A stretch of 64,000 nucleotides of DNA from Histomonas meleagridis 2922-C6/04-290x (taxonomy: Eukaryota; Protista; Parabasalia): contig JAANOX010000192.1 in the NCBI GenBank assembly GCA_020184695.1, forward strand, positions 49,878-113,877. Reading direction: 5' to 3'. Position numbers and translations under genes: made by a program. A model generated the notes under the pieces. That model was given only the letters and a program-made list of their open reading frames with translations. It was not told the DNA's origin and ran no database searches. Below are positions 21,018-32,589 of the stretch, one piece after another (within the stretch, counting starts at the first letter, position 1; each line of letters opens with the position of its first letter).

Positions 21018-22157
21018 TCACTTTCTCTGGCTCGCTGGTTGCACTGGGACGAAGAACTGACCCTGTGGTATCTGCGTTGGATATGACTGAGGTAAGCCAT
21101 ATACCGGCTGAAACATGACTTGTTGCTGCTGAGCTCCGGGCTCTTCGTTTACGGACTTAAATGCCATTGGTCGTTGAGCGTTGTTCTCTTGACCCTGTGG
21201 CATTTGTGGATACACGCAAATAAATCCCGGTGGATGTTCACCAAGTTGAGAGTACTGCATCTGAGGAACAAAGTATGGATATAAGATTGGGCCCATTGGT
21301 TGAGGTCCATAATGTTGTTCAGGAGGATGATGCTCATTTTTATTATCTGATTTGGAATCATCAGCTGGCATTGGATGTGGCTGTGGAACTTCGATCTCTT
21401 CAAAGGAAGATGGTGTGTCGGCAATCTGTGGGAGTGGCTTAACTGGTGGAGCTGGTTTTGGTATTGGACCTGCAAATATACCAAATCGTTTGTAATCGGG
21501 AGTAATCTTGGAAATTTCGGATGGAAGATAAAGAACTGTGTTCTGGAGACGAGTTGGAGTTGGCTTTGGAGTTGGAGATGCAGATGGAATTTGCTGTTGA
21601 GGTACTGTCTCAGTTGGTGGCTTGACTGCTGCAGGAGCTGGAGATGTAGGTTTTTCTTCTTTTGGAGCTGGTTCGTCTTTATTTGCCTTTATCTGAATTT
21701 GTTTTTGCTCATTGCTTGTCTTGGGTTCTGCCTTAGCAATGTGTGTATTTGTTACTGGCGGAAGAACTTCTTTTGGCTCTTCTACAGCTGGTGCTTCTGG
21801 TGTAACAATTTCATTATTATTAACAATAATATCACCCCAACCAGCACCACTAGATTGGCCCATTACAACAGGTTTAGGTTTAGATGTAATTTTTCTGATT
21901 TTTTCTTCCTTTTGATTATTTCTTGATTTTTGTCCTTCACCTCTGGGCCTTTGTGGGCCGCGCCTTTTGTTTTGGGCGTTTTCTGGTTGAGCCTTTTTTG
22001 ATTTTGGTTTCTTCCACATTGTTGAAGAATCTTTATTTTGAAGTCTTTCAATTACTTCATCATCATCACGGCATTCTTTAACTAATTCGCGAATAAGGGC
22101 TTCGTCTTTATCTGGAAACATTTCAAGGAATTGAGTGATCTTGCTTTCCGATGTCAT
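21018..22157 (-). CDS. CUE/UBA-like N-terminal domain + Pro/Gln-rich low-complexity protein
   Basis: QFLEMFPDKDEALIRELVKEC (a CUE-like FP motif), followed by long P/Q/E-rich disordered sequence. Confidence 0.6.
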   Translation of the reverse strand: MTSESKITQFLEMFPDKDEALIRELVKECRDDDEVIERLQNKDSSTMWKKPKSKKAQPENAQNKRRGPQRPRGEGQKSRNNQKEEKIRKITSKPKPVVMGQSSGAGWGDIIVNNNEIVTPEAPAVEEPKEVLPPVTNTHIAKAEPKTSNEQKQIQIKANKDEPAPKEEKPTSPAPAAVKPPTETVPQQQIPSASPTPKPTPTRLQNTVLYLPSEISKITPDYKRFGIFAGPIPKPAPPVKPLPQIADTPSSFEEIEVPQPHPMPADDSKSDNKNEHHPPEQHYGPQPMGPILYPYFVPQMQYSQLGEHPPGFICVYPQMPQGQENNAQRPMAFKSVNEEPGAQQQQVMFQPVYGLPQSYPTQIPQGQFFVPVQPASQRK

Positions 22158-22408
22158 CACGATAGAGTAAAATTGACAAACTTTGTTTAAATTGATGTGG
22201 CCAGGCCAACCAAAGAGAGAAAATAATGACTAACTAAAGCGAACATTAAAAAACTCAACTACTCAAGAATGCATAATTTAAGGGATTTTGTCAGAAATGA
22301 ATTCAATGTTTTTAATTATTTTTATTTATAATTTTATATATCATATGAAATGGGCTTAAAAAAAAAAATAAAAAGCTTTTCCAAAACAAAAATAATAAAT
22401 CATTTTTA

Positions 22409-25372
22409 TCAATTATAGATCTTCATGTCATGCTGGTTTGCCCGTTGTATCATTTGCAAAATCACAGAAGGCTCAACTAAAATAAATAGTATTGCATCTT
22501 GTTCCGTTGCTAAGTTCGATAGTATAGAAGAATCATCTAAAACGCAAAATCTTTGTGGCTTATTTTGACCCATGTATAATACGAACTTAAGCTCTCCAAG
22601 ATTTGGCTGAATTATTGATTGTATCCTACAAACAGTTAATTCGAATTCTTCTCCTGGTTCAACCTGGAAATAAAATGGAGTGAATATTGTACCGTTTGGT
22701 GGGTAATTAAAGTTATGTGAGAAACAACACCTTATTAAGAACTGACCTTCTTCCATATGAAGTTGTGGTTCTGGAACAAATTCTGCACGAATTTCTTTAC
22801 CTTGGAAATCTTTAATATATTCATTTTCACCCAATTGTCTTATAATACATGCCTGAGCTATTAATAGTATTCTTAATGAAACATCTTTTGGTACGTCATC
22901 TCTTTTCTTCAATTCTGAAATGACGTCCTTAACGGTCGCATTTCCGGGTACCTCGATGTTAACGGTCGCTATCGGGTCTATATCGTGATTCATCAAAGCG
23001 AATGAAAGTGGAATATATTGATCCAATTCTTTTTGTTCCACATCTTTAACTATTTTAATGAACACTTTAGTTTCTGTAATTTTTCCTTTAATATTTAATA
23101 CACTTTTTAGATCTACGTTTGATAACTTATTAATTAATAATTTTGAAGGAATTGTGTCATCACTTTCAGAAGGTAAATATACAGCAACACTATCAGTTTC
23201 GGGCAATTTTAATGCGTTTTTAATGCATCGAATTAAGATACGTAAGTGCATTGAAGCTGGAATTTCCACTGTTAATAAATATTTGCTTTCTAAATCATAT
23301 GTTTTGATATGAATACATCCTTTAATATGACTTAAGAATCTTCTAGCGTTATCAAGTTTAATTTCAGGTATCATATCTCGGACTTTAATGATTTGTTCTG
23401 TTGTTTCTTCTACTTTTGGAAAGACAAATGAACACTTTTGTTTTTGATCTTCTTTTGGATCAAGTTGAAATATTAATATTCCAGGATAAAACAAATACAT
23501 TTGTTTCTCTAAGTTAACATCTGTAATTTGACCTTTATATTCCCTAAATCCAATTAACTTTGTATTGGACTTATAACCGGCGCGGCGGTTAACGACACCC
23601 AAAATTTTTGAGAACGTATCGCGCGGGTTTATGACGAGGTACCCCAAATCCTGTATCGGATTTTGTTTACCAGTGAAAAAGAACTTAATTTGATATGCAC
23701 AAGAAGCTATTTTTGGATCATTGACTTGAAATGTTGCTGCGAAAATCCATCTATTTACACCTAATGTTTGTTGTGCTGTCTTATTAGGAGGCAAATATTT
23801 AAATGGTAAATTATCTAAAGTCGCAGACCAAATTGATCCTAAATTTGGAACATATTTTCGAATTTCTTTACAAAGATTACTATACGTTGCATTTCTAGAA
23901 ATTCGAATTTGTGGCATATCAGGAACATTCGATAATGTTATGGTCATCATATGTGGATCCTTAGCATCTCTTTCTTTTTGATAATAATCAATTAAATGCG
24001 AAGGAATCTCTGATGTTTTCACTGGTTGCATTACCCATTTAATATCACTTTGTCGAATGTAACATAAGTAATATGCATGATTTGATTGATTAGGTCCACC
24101 AAAATTATGTTCGAAAACTGTTTCTAAATTAACTTCATCAATATATGAATCATTAAATCGATACCATTTGTTCTCTATGTTAGGTCGACAATATGCTATA
24201 TAATGTCCGCCTAAACTATCGCCTAAATGTACAAGAACTGAAAATAGTTCATACGTTGTACAGCCTTGAATATTACCTTCAATGTAATCTCGCATGTCAA
24301 TTATTAATGGATATTCAAAGCGATCTTTAACTTTTGACATTCCTGTGATTGAGTTCATATCATATTCAAATCGGACTAAATGTAAATGAAGGACTGGAGG
24401 CAATTTACAAAACTTACAGCCCATTACTGCATCTTGTAAACCATGGCCATCAACTTTATATTGATTAGAACCACTTAATAGTTCATCGGCTATAAGTGAT
24501 GTTAATGATTCTTCAAGACATGTCTTCCCTTTTACGACTAAAGAAACATCATAAAAGTCCTCGTTGCGATTAGTACTATAATCAATATTAACACATTTGA
24601 TATAATTGGTCATGGTGCCGCGAAAAAGTGACGCAATTTCCCCATCAAGAGAAGTGTTCTTCATTTTGTCTTCAAGGTTGGATATAAGAAGACGAATGAA
24701 TTCTTGAATGTCATTCTGTTGAAAAGCATCAACAGATGTCCAGCCAAAACTTTTGATAAGATCTATGGTGGAAACTGCGGAATCGGATAATTGAAGCATA
24801 CAAAAAAGTCGTTGAAGATTAAGTGGAATGGATTTCTCTTCTTCTACATCGGGATTAATGGGCATGGAATAGATAAGACGTCGGAAAACTGGAAGATTAA
24901 ATAACATTTGAATCACTGAGTTCATATAACATGTAGCTGCTTGATTGACAAGACCTACATAGCCAGTTAGAGCACGAGTGTTAGGAGGCTCTTTTTGAAC
25001 AGGAGAATGAGATACTTGAATGTAAACGGATAAACGATCTTTCTTGGCATATTTGGGGATGTCTGCTTGAAGTAAAAATTCTGGGAATACACAAGATCTT
25101 GATCGTCTGGTAAGGATGGCATTTTGAGTCATTTCTTTATTCTTTTTACCATATAAAGTTAATGTAATTTTGACATGATGAGGTTCTGCTGGTGGGTTTA
25201 GGAGCTTAACTTTTGCCAACATATACTGTGTTTTTGTGATAGAAGTTGGAACAATGGTACAAATATATTTATATTCATCGTAAATCACGTACTCCGGAGA
25301 TTTTAGTTTCTCTGTTAACTTAGAGATACAAGATGGTGTATCCCAAACTTTTTTTAATTCGTATTCTTCCAT
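22409..25372 (-). CDS. Ubiquitin-specific protease, USP7/Ubp15-like
   Basis: Cys box GLVNQAATCYMNS, AFQQNDIQEF, LPPVLHLHLVRFEYD, His box VHLGDSLGGHY, WYRFNDS; N-terminal MATH-like region and long C-terminal extension. Confidence 0.9.
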   Translation of the reverse strand: MEEYELKKVWDTPSCISKLTEKLKSPEYVIYDEYKYICTIVPTSITKTQYMLAKVKLLNPPAEPHHVKITLTLYGKKNKEMTQNAILTRRSRSCVFPEFLLQADIPKYAKKDRLSVYIQVSHSPVQKEPPNTRALTGYVGLVNQAATCYMNSVIQMLFNLPVFRRLIYSMPINPDVEEEKSIPLNLQRLFCMLQLSDSAVSTIDLIKSFGWTSVDAFQQNDIQEFIRLLISNLEDKMKNTSLDGEIASLFRGTMTNYIKCVNIDYSTNRNEDFYDVSLVVKGKTCLEESLTSLIADELLSGSNQYKVDGHGLQDAVMGCKFCKLPPVLHLHLVRFEYDMNSITGMSKVKDRFEYPLIIDMRDYIEGNIQGCTTYELFSVLVHLGDSLGGHYIAYCRPNIENKWYRFNDSYIDEVNLETVFEHNFGGPNQSNHAYYLCYIRQSDIKWVMQPVKTSEIPSHLIDYYQKERDAKDPHMMTITLSNVPDMPQIRISRNATYSNLCKEIRKYVPNLGSIWSATLDNLPFKYLPPNKTAQQTLGVNRWIFAATFQVNDPKIASCAYQIKFFFTGKQNPIQDLGYLVINPRDTFSKILGVVNRRAGYKSNTKLIGFREYKGQITDVNLEKQMYLFYPGILIFQLDPKEDQKQKCSFVFPKVEETTEQIIKVRDMIPEIKLDNARRFLSHIKGCIHIKTYDLESKYLLTVEIPASMHLRILIRCIKNALKLPETDSVAVYLPSESDDTIPSKLLINKLSNVDLKSVLNIKGKITETKVFIKIVKDVEQKELDQYIPLSFALMNHDIDPIATVNIEVPGNATVKDVISELKKRDDVPKDVSLRILLIAQACIIRQLGENEYIKDFQGKEIRAEFVPEPQLHMEEGQFLIRCCFSHNFNYPPNGTIFTPFYFQVEPGEEFELTVCRIQSIIQPNLGELKFVLYMGQNKPQRFCVLDDSSILSNLATEQDAILFILVEPSVILQMIQRANQHDMKIYN

Positions 25373-25777
25373 TACAGGTTGTGATTGATGATAAGCCGAG
25401 GATTGTATTGATTATGATCGTCAAAAAATTGACAGACTTTAGGCGCACCAGGAAATGAAGCTGTAGGGAAACGAATTGATTTTTTTTAGCGTAATAAATG
25501 AAATAATGATGTCTTCACAAATAAAAACAACGAAGATGCAAAACGCCTTTGTGTATGTTTATTCATCTCCAACATATTGCAAAAATTTAATTTTTTTCTT
25601 TATATTAAGAACAAATTATTCATGAATTGTTTAAACAAGAATTTGAATAAAAACCGATCAAACGCAATAAATACTTTTTTGTAAATAATTAAAAGACAAG
25701 TTCGAAAAAGCTCAAAATGACAGTTTTCAAAATAAATGTTTTATTTTATGAAATTCATTAAAAAATAAAAAATTGAT

Positions 25778-28700
25778 TTAAACAGTATTTTTAGATTTCA
25801 AACATATTATGAATCCATCTTCAGTACCGAACAAATAATAAGGTTCTTTTGGGTGTATGCAGCAAGAATTTCCATAAATTTCCTCGTTTATCACTTCGAT
25901 TTTTTCAAACATTTCATCTGTCACGAAAACGAAACCATTTTTTGCAGTGCACAAAATTTTTCCGTTATTTGTTATATCGAAATTATTAATTTCGACATCT
26001 TGTTTTGAAATTATTTTTAATTTTTCATCTTCGTCTAACATTTCCAATTTTCCATTTGAGTCCAAACACAACAAAATGTTATTTAAGAATTTCATTTTTT
26101 TAATTTTAACATTAACATCGATAACTTTACTTTCTTTATTAAGTGTATTCACAACGATAATTTGATTATTATCTGTTGCCAAATACAAATTTTTATTTTT
26201 ATTCATTAATCCATTTAAAATTATTTTATTTAATTTAATTTCATCTTCTAATTTTAATGTGATGAAATTCCATTTACTTATTATACCATTTATACCATCG
26301 ATAACATATAAAATATTATCATCATCGAAAATAGGAATTAAATTTGAGTTTTGTGTATCGAATTGAGGATTAACTCTAAAAGTATATTTCAAGTTATCCT
26401 TAAAAGGTTGCCATACAGATATACATCCATTATTCATTGTGAACAAAATATTTGTTTCATTATTAATATGAAATAATTTGGTATTAACAATTTCATTATT
26501 TTCGTCAATAGTATACGTATTAATAATTCCATCATTATAATAGAAAAGTGTATCTTTAGTCGATGCAAATATTCCATTTGACATGAAATCGAATTCAACA
26601 AAATTTATTTTATTACGTGAAATATTTAAATATAAATTATTAATTAAACAATTATTTTTTTGATTATTAATTTCATCTGTCGATTTTGTATATATTAAAT
26701 TACGTAATAAAATATAATTTATCGATTTGTTCTGCTCTAAATTATTTAATTCCATACTATCTGATTCATAATTATTAAAGTCATATGATATTATATTCTC
26801 ATCTGAAATAGATTCATTTATTAATGAATTCGAATTTGAGTTCTGTGAATGAACAAATTGTAATATCAAATTAGAAACTGTACTAATTGATGGATGTGGA
26901 TCTTTAGATAACATTTGTAACAAATAAATACATATTTTATTACATTTGATATTAATTTGTGGATCTTTAATTAATTCATCGATTTTTTCATATAAATTTT
27001 CTTCGTTTAAATTTTCATATATTTTATCATTTATTAATTCTTTATATGTTTTACATGTAAAATAATTGTCATCAATTAAATCATCATCAATTGTCTCAAT
27101 CGACATAATATATTTACGTATTAATAATAAAAATTGAAATCGTACTAAAAAAGATAAATCTGAAATCGATTTAAATGACATTAATAATAATTGGATATTA
27201 GTTAAACATTCAAATGGTTTCATGAAACATTCCAATACTGATAATGATATTGCTCTAAGTATTGATGAATTCATTTGTAAACAGATCGAACATTTAATAT
27301 GAAATCCATTGCTAACAAATAACGAAGTCTCTGGTGAATATAAATCAAATGCTCGGCGAATAGTTAATAACATCCAACATGTTAATATGATATTATTCGA
27401 CGAAAATAAGTTTGCACTAACTTTATTAATGTATTCACTACTCGTACAGACCTTTTGAAATGTTTCATTATAATTTACAAATGTAGATACAAATGCTGCT
27501 GAAAGGATTCGCGTTTTTTCTGTTAATTGTTGATCAAAAATATTATCAATAAATGTGGAAACATCTAATTCATGTGGTATTTCTTCAAAAAAACTGGAAC
27601 TAGAATATACTAAAGCTAAGATAAATGTACATAACGGATTAAAATAGTTAGACGTGGGTGGTAAACTTAAGAGTTTTTTGTATAATGGACCGATAACATT
27701 GCACGTTGAAATCATTTCAATGGAAAAATGGTCACTTGATACGTAGTCCGTTAATATGGATAACGGTCGCTCGTCATTTGGATTGGATTCAATCATATGA
27801 AATAGAAGAGTTATATGATACGATTGTAATAAATCAAATTGTTTGTTCTTTATTATTAATTCAAGCGTTGTAGCGGCACGACTAAAAAGATCTGTTGAAT
27901 ATGATGGTGATGATTTAATGGGATTAGTAACAACAGAATCAAGTAAAATAGTCCATTGCTTCCATAAGGGATGCATTGATAGATCTGGAATTGACGGATA
28001 TGATTTTGGATGTACTCGATATGGTCGAAGTAAATATTGTGATAAAATAAAGTAACTAAATACATGTCGAATATAATTATCTTCTCGAAAGAGCTTCATG
28101 TATAAATTTAAAGGTAATGAATCAGCTGCAATAGCATCAATAATTGAATTTAGAACAAGTAAAAGTTGTTCATGATTTTCAGATTTGTTTAGCCATAATT
28201 CTTGTAAAATTGAATCAAATGGAAATTTTTCACTTCTAAGATTAACTCTGTAAAATCTAAGAACATGACAAATAACCGCCATTTTAACGGGCGTCAAAAT
28301 TGCGGAAGTTAAAAAATCATGTGGAAGATGAGGATCGTCTGGTAAATCTTCACCAACATCAGTGGCACAAACACACATCCAATCTTCCCAATTTGAATAG
28401 TCACTATCTTGGTTAGATGAGATATTTTTAATAATTGATGAAAATGAATTAATGATAACAGCAGCATTGGAACAATCAAAAAAATAGAATGAAGGAGGTG
28501 GGATCTGTGAGAAAAGAGATTTAAATGGAAATTGTGTAAAATGTGTTGATCTTCTTTCTGAACACCAAATGTTGTTTTCGGTGATTTTTGGAAAACCATA
28601 TCCAACATAATGAAATGCAATTCGAACACGATGGATTTTCTCTTCTAATTGTGGATAAATAATTTAATCGTTCTTTAGAAGGTGCAATTGAAAAAAATAA

Positions 28701-29156
28701 TTTTAGGTTGGGATCAATTTGGTAATATCCTGACTTATAATAATTTTGGATACTTGAAGGAAATTCAGAAGAAAATGTTATATGCGAATCAAACCATCCA
28801 AAAATGCATGGGAGAGATGCAGAATATGGAGAGGGTGCCTTCGGAAATTGTTCAATATGTGCAGTATTTATAATAGCACATTTTGTGGAATCCATAGATA
28901 ACATTTGTGGAATAGAATTATTTCCTATTTGATCAATAAAATACTCTGCATTAGAAATATCAATAATGGGAGCTTTCTTATATTCATTTGAAATTTCAAG
29001 TTTAAGATTTGATAAAATTTCTGTTAAAGGAGTAATTTCTTCTTCTGCTACTGGCTGCCAAAATCCTGATTCCTGGCTTTGATAAGTCTCATCTTCTTCA
29101 GATGAATCGTAATCAATATCCCAACTTTGTAAATCAAATTTTTTGCTGTTTTTCAT
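25778..29156 (-). CDS. Raptor/KOG1-like protein with one +1 frameshift near 28625
   Basis: The 29156 frame gives …LSTIRRENPSC. The next frame gives RIAFHYVGYGFP…FYFFDCSNAA…CATDVGEDLPDDPHLPHDFLTSAILTP, matching Raptor-N RRxxxxxRVLFHYNGHGVP / DCSxA / LPxDxFTSCLTTP. HEAT-like and WD40-like regions follow. Confidence 0.8.
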
Positions 29157-29702
29157 TTTGGAGAATCCGCAAATTCAATGGGTTTCGGTTTTATTCAATA
29201 TCACTTCACAATCGGCATTTCCCAAACTTTGATTACATGACCAAAAGGTTTTTATATATCAATTTTAAATTTTCCATATACGAATAATAAGAGAAAAGAA
29301 TTGATTTTAGCTAAGGTCTTACATGTTTTATGTATTTCTCGAATCAAGTTAACCAATAAATTTATTTTTTCAATTGAATATTTTAACCGAATTCGAGTCT
29401 TTTTCTGTTACCTCATCCCAGTATTCAAAAAGTGGAGCATATTGTGAGAATAAACTTTTGAAAAAAATCGAGAAGTTGACAACCCCAAATTACAATTAAA
29501 TGTTATGCCACCATCTTCATGTGCTGGATCAATTCACAAAGCGATCGTTCTGAAAAATAGCAGAAAAATATCTTGCTGAAAATATGGTTTTACTTAGACT
29601 TTACAGATAAATTAGAATAACTTAAATGGGTGTTTAATTGCTTTCATTATCAGCAAGTTTTGTAAAGAATATCCAATATCTTATGATATCATTATATACC
29701 GA

Positions 29703-31336
29703 ATGATATATACATCCTTTTTGATTGATAATAATGATTTTGATATATATTTGAGATTATTACAGGAAATTGAAAAATTTGAAGTAAATAATAAAATCAG
29801 CACAAAAATAATAAATTTATTTTCTCAATTTCTACTTAAAGAAAACACACAAGAATCATTTTATTTACTTAGTTACATGATTAAGTATAATTTACTTGAA
29901 TCAAAATTCATCAAAAATACATTTAATCCATTTTTTGTTCATATTAATCAAGATAAATCAAATGAATATGAATATTTATTTATTCAAGAAAATATTTCTT
30001 ATGAAGAACTTTCGAAGAATGATTGGAAACTTCATAAGCAATTAATTAAAGAAGGAGTTAATCCAAAAGAAATTGCGAAAGTAATTCGAAATGATGAAAT
30101 AGAAGAACTTCAAGAAATATCATCACAAAATGAATTCGATTTTAATCAAATAAGTCCAAAATCAATTTATGAAAGATGTTCATTTATTAGTAAGGAAAAT
30201 GTTTCATTAATTGATTATGCAGCACTTTTTTCGTCAGTTAAATGTTTTAAATATTTACTTATGAATGGTGCAAGTGTAGAAAATACAGGTAAATACGCTG
30301 TTGCAGGTGGAAATGAAGAAATCGTTCATTTATGCGAACAAAATCATTCATCTTTTCAAAATGCATATGAAGCAGCAATTGAATTTCATCGAAATGATAT
30401 CTTTAAATATCTTTAGGAAAATAAAATTGAAGATATTGATAAAATAAAAAAATTAGGAGAAAAATGTGTTTCATATTTTAATTATGAAATTTTTACATAT
30501 TTAGAAAAAGAATGAATGAAAATTAATGAAAATATCATTAATAAAGCAGCAAAAATTGGAAATATTTTTCTTGTAAAATATTTCCTTAAAAATAATCAAA
30601 TTCCAGAAAATATTTTAGTTTTTGCTTCATTTTCAGGAAATATTGAACTTGTTACATACATTTTAAAGCAAAAAGGAATTGATATTAATGCTAAAAATAT
30701 TTATTTGTTTTATTTGATATTTATTTTAATGATTTGATATTTTAAAATAATATTTGGAAGTTATATAAAATATTTAAAACAGCACTTATGTATACATCTT
30801 CATATGGTCATATAGAAATCGTGAAATTACTTCTTGAACAAGAAGATATTGATGTTAATGCTAAAAATATTTATTTGTTTTATTTAGAATTTATTTTAAT
30901 AATTTCTTATTTCAAAATAATATTTGAAAATTATTTAAATTATTTAGAACAGCACTTATTTATTCATCTTGGAATGGTCACACAGAAATTGTTAAAATGC
31001 TTCTTGAACAAGAGGGAATTGATATTGATGCTGAAGATGTTTATTTGTTTTGTTTGATATATATTTTAATAATTTGATATTTCAAAATAATATTTGAAAA
31101 TTATTTAAATTATTTAATACAGCACTTATGTGGGCATCTGAAAAAGGTCATACAAAAATATTTAAATTACTTCTTAAGCAAGAAGGAATTGATATTAATG
31201 CTAAAGATATTTATATGTTTTATTTAGAATTTATTTTAATAATTTTATATTTCAAAATAATATTTGGAAATTATTTAAATTATTTAAATCAGCACTTGAT
31301 TTAGCAACTCAAAACAAACGCAAAGACATTAAATAA
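29703..31336 (+). pseudogene. DUF3447/ankyrin paralogue with two in-frame stops and four 80-nt intervening segments
   Basis: In-frame TAG at 30414-16 and TGA at 30513-15. Segments at 30699-30778, 30869-30948, 31039-31118 and 31209-31288 give an exact 170-nt period. Ends SALDLATQNKRKDIK-TAA. Confidence 0.88.
30699..31288 (+). repeat. Array of 4 conserved 80-nt intervening segments alternating with 90-nt ankyrin modules
   Basis: gat(a/g)tt(a/g)atgct recurs at 30681, 30851, 31021 and 31191 (period 170). Confidence 0.92.
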
Positions 31337-31421
31337 AGCACTGTATCTAATAAATGCTTTCATTTGCCAACTCAAATATTACATAAACATAAAAAATTCT
31401 CATCAATCAAAACGTTTATCT

Positions 31422-32531
31422 TTATTCCTCGAGAATATCGTGTTCCTTAAGATATTCGTAGAATTTGAAGAAGATATTTGTACTTCTCAATACATTCTCC
31501 ACATGCTGTAGATCCGGTATTAATTTGTTGTACACCAATACGGCAATATCAGCGATTTATGATTTAATACTATGTTTTGTTCGGCGTCAATTTCATGAGC
31601 TTCGCCGCATACATAACATCTGAGATAGTACAGATTTGGTTTACCTTAAGTAACAACGCGTTGCAATATTTTCCTTCGATTGTCTTTGGGTTTGATGTGT
31701 ATAGGTCATCGCCGACGAGTTGCACCTTTTTGACGAGTGTTGCGTTGAGTTCTTTCCAATGTATATAGTCATTTTCATGAAGACCATCTTCGATTGAGAC
31801 AATGCATGGGTGCTTCGCTATGAGGATAGCCCAATATTAGATCATTTCGTCGCCGACTTCTTGACAACTATCTCCACTTCGCAGAGTTTAGTTTCTTCGT
31901 CAGAGAACTCAGACGCTGCGGATATCCTTAGATGGCGTCTTTGATCGCAAGACATGGCGTGAAGCCTCCTTCATCGCTGAGGTTCTTTGTGGAGGTGTCC
32001 ATTATACTGAGAAAAAAATTTGTGTTCTGCATTTATGTACGTAAAAGTTTTATGTGTATATATTTTTATAATAAAAACCCATTGAGATCAAATGCTTTTA
32101 TAATGTTCGTACTGCACATATTATAACATTGATTTCAAATTCCTATGAGATATTTTACACAAAAGCATTAACAAAAGTGCAATTTCAAACGAGTAAATAC
32201 ATTTAATGACCATCTCAAACTTTTTCAAACATAAAATTTCTCAACAACTAGGATGTTTATCTTTATTTAAAGGACATGTTGGGTTTCTAAAGATATTCTT
32301 AGATTAACATCATGTGCTTCACAAGAACCTGTGGAGCGGATGTTCGGCCAGCAATCATAACAGCCCCCAGGTAGTTTACATAAACGTCGGTTTCGACTGT
32401 TGGGTTAGAATGATTGATTGTTGATGGCGGAGCTTTAGCTTTGAGAAGATGTTAGAGGGCACCAATTGGATCTAATCTTTCACCAATTTGGCTCCTTCAT
32501 TCTGCGATAGCTTGATCAAGATCAGCAGAAT
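31422..32531 (-). pseudogene. ENO: Enolase pseudogene (N-terminus and C-terminal half recognisable; middle lost or replaced)
   Basis: Fragments SADLDQAIAE*RSQIG…NPTVETDVYVNYLG…STGSCEAH; KNLSDEGGFTP; AASEFSDEETKL; HPCIVSIEDGLHEND…VQLVGDDLYTSNP…NALLLKVNQI; IADIAV…TGSTACGECIEKY…YEYLKEHDILEE-TAA. The start codon is damaged (AT-TCT) and there are multiple stops and deletions. Confidence 0.92.
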
Positions 32532-32589
32532 TAAAAAAAGTGAAGTAATCAGAATTTTTTGCCACTTTTCAATTTAACCTTTAAATTTT

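Noticed and set aside
29478-29490. TTGACAACCC resembling the transposon's right TIR
   Set aside because: A 10-bp match with no partner TIR, TSD or subterminal repeats; probably chance.
31039-31118. Programmed -1 frameshift through the 80-nt element
   Set aside because: This copy has TGA in the upstream frame and then TGA in the downstream frame, so a single shift cannot read through.
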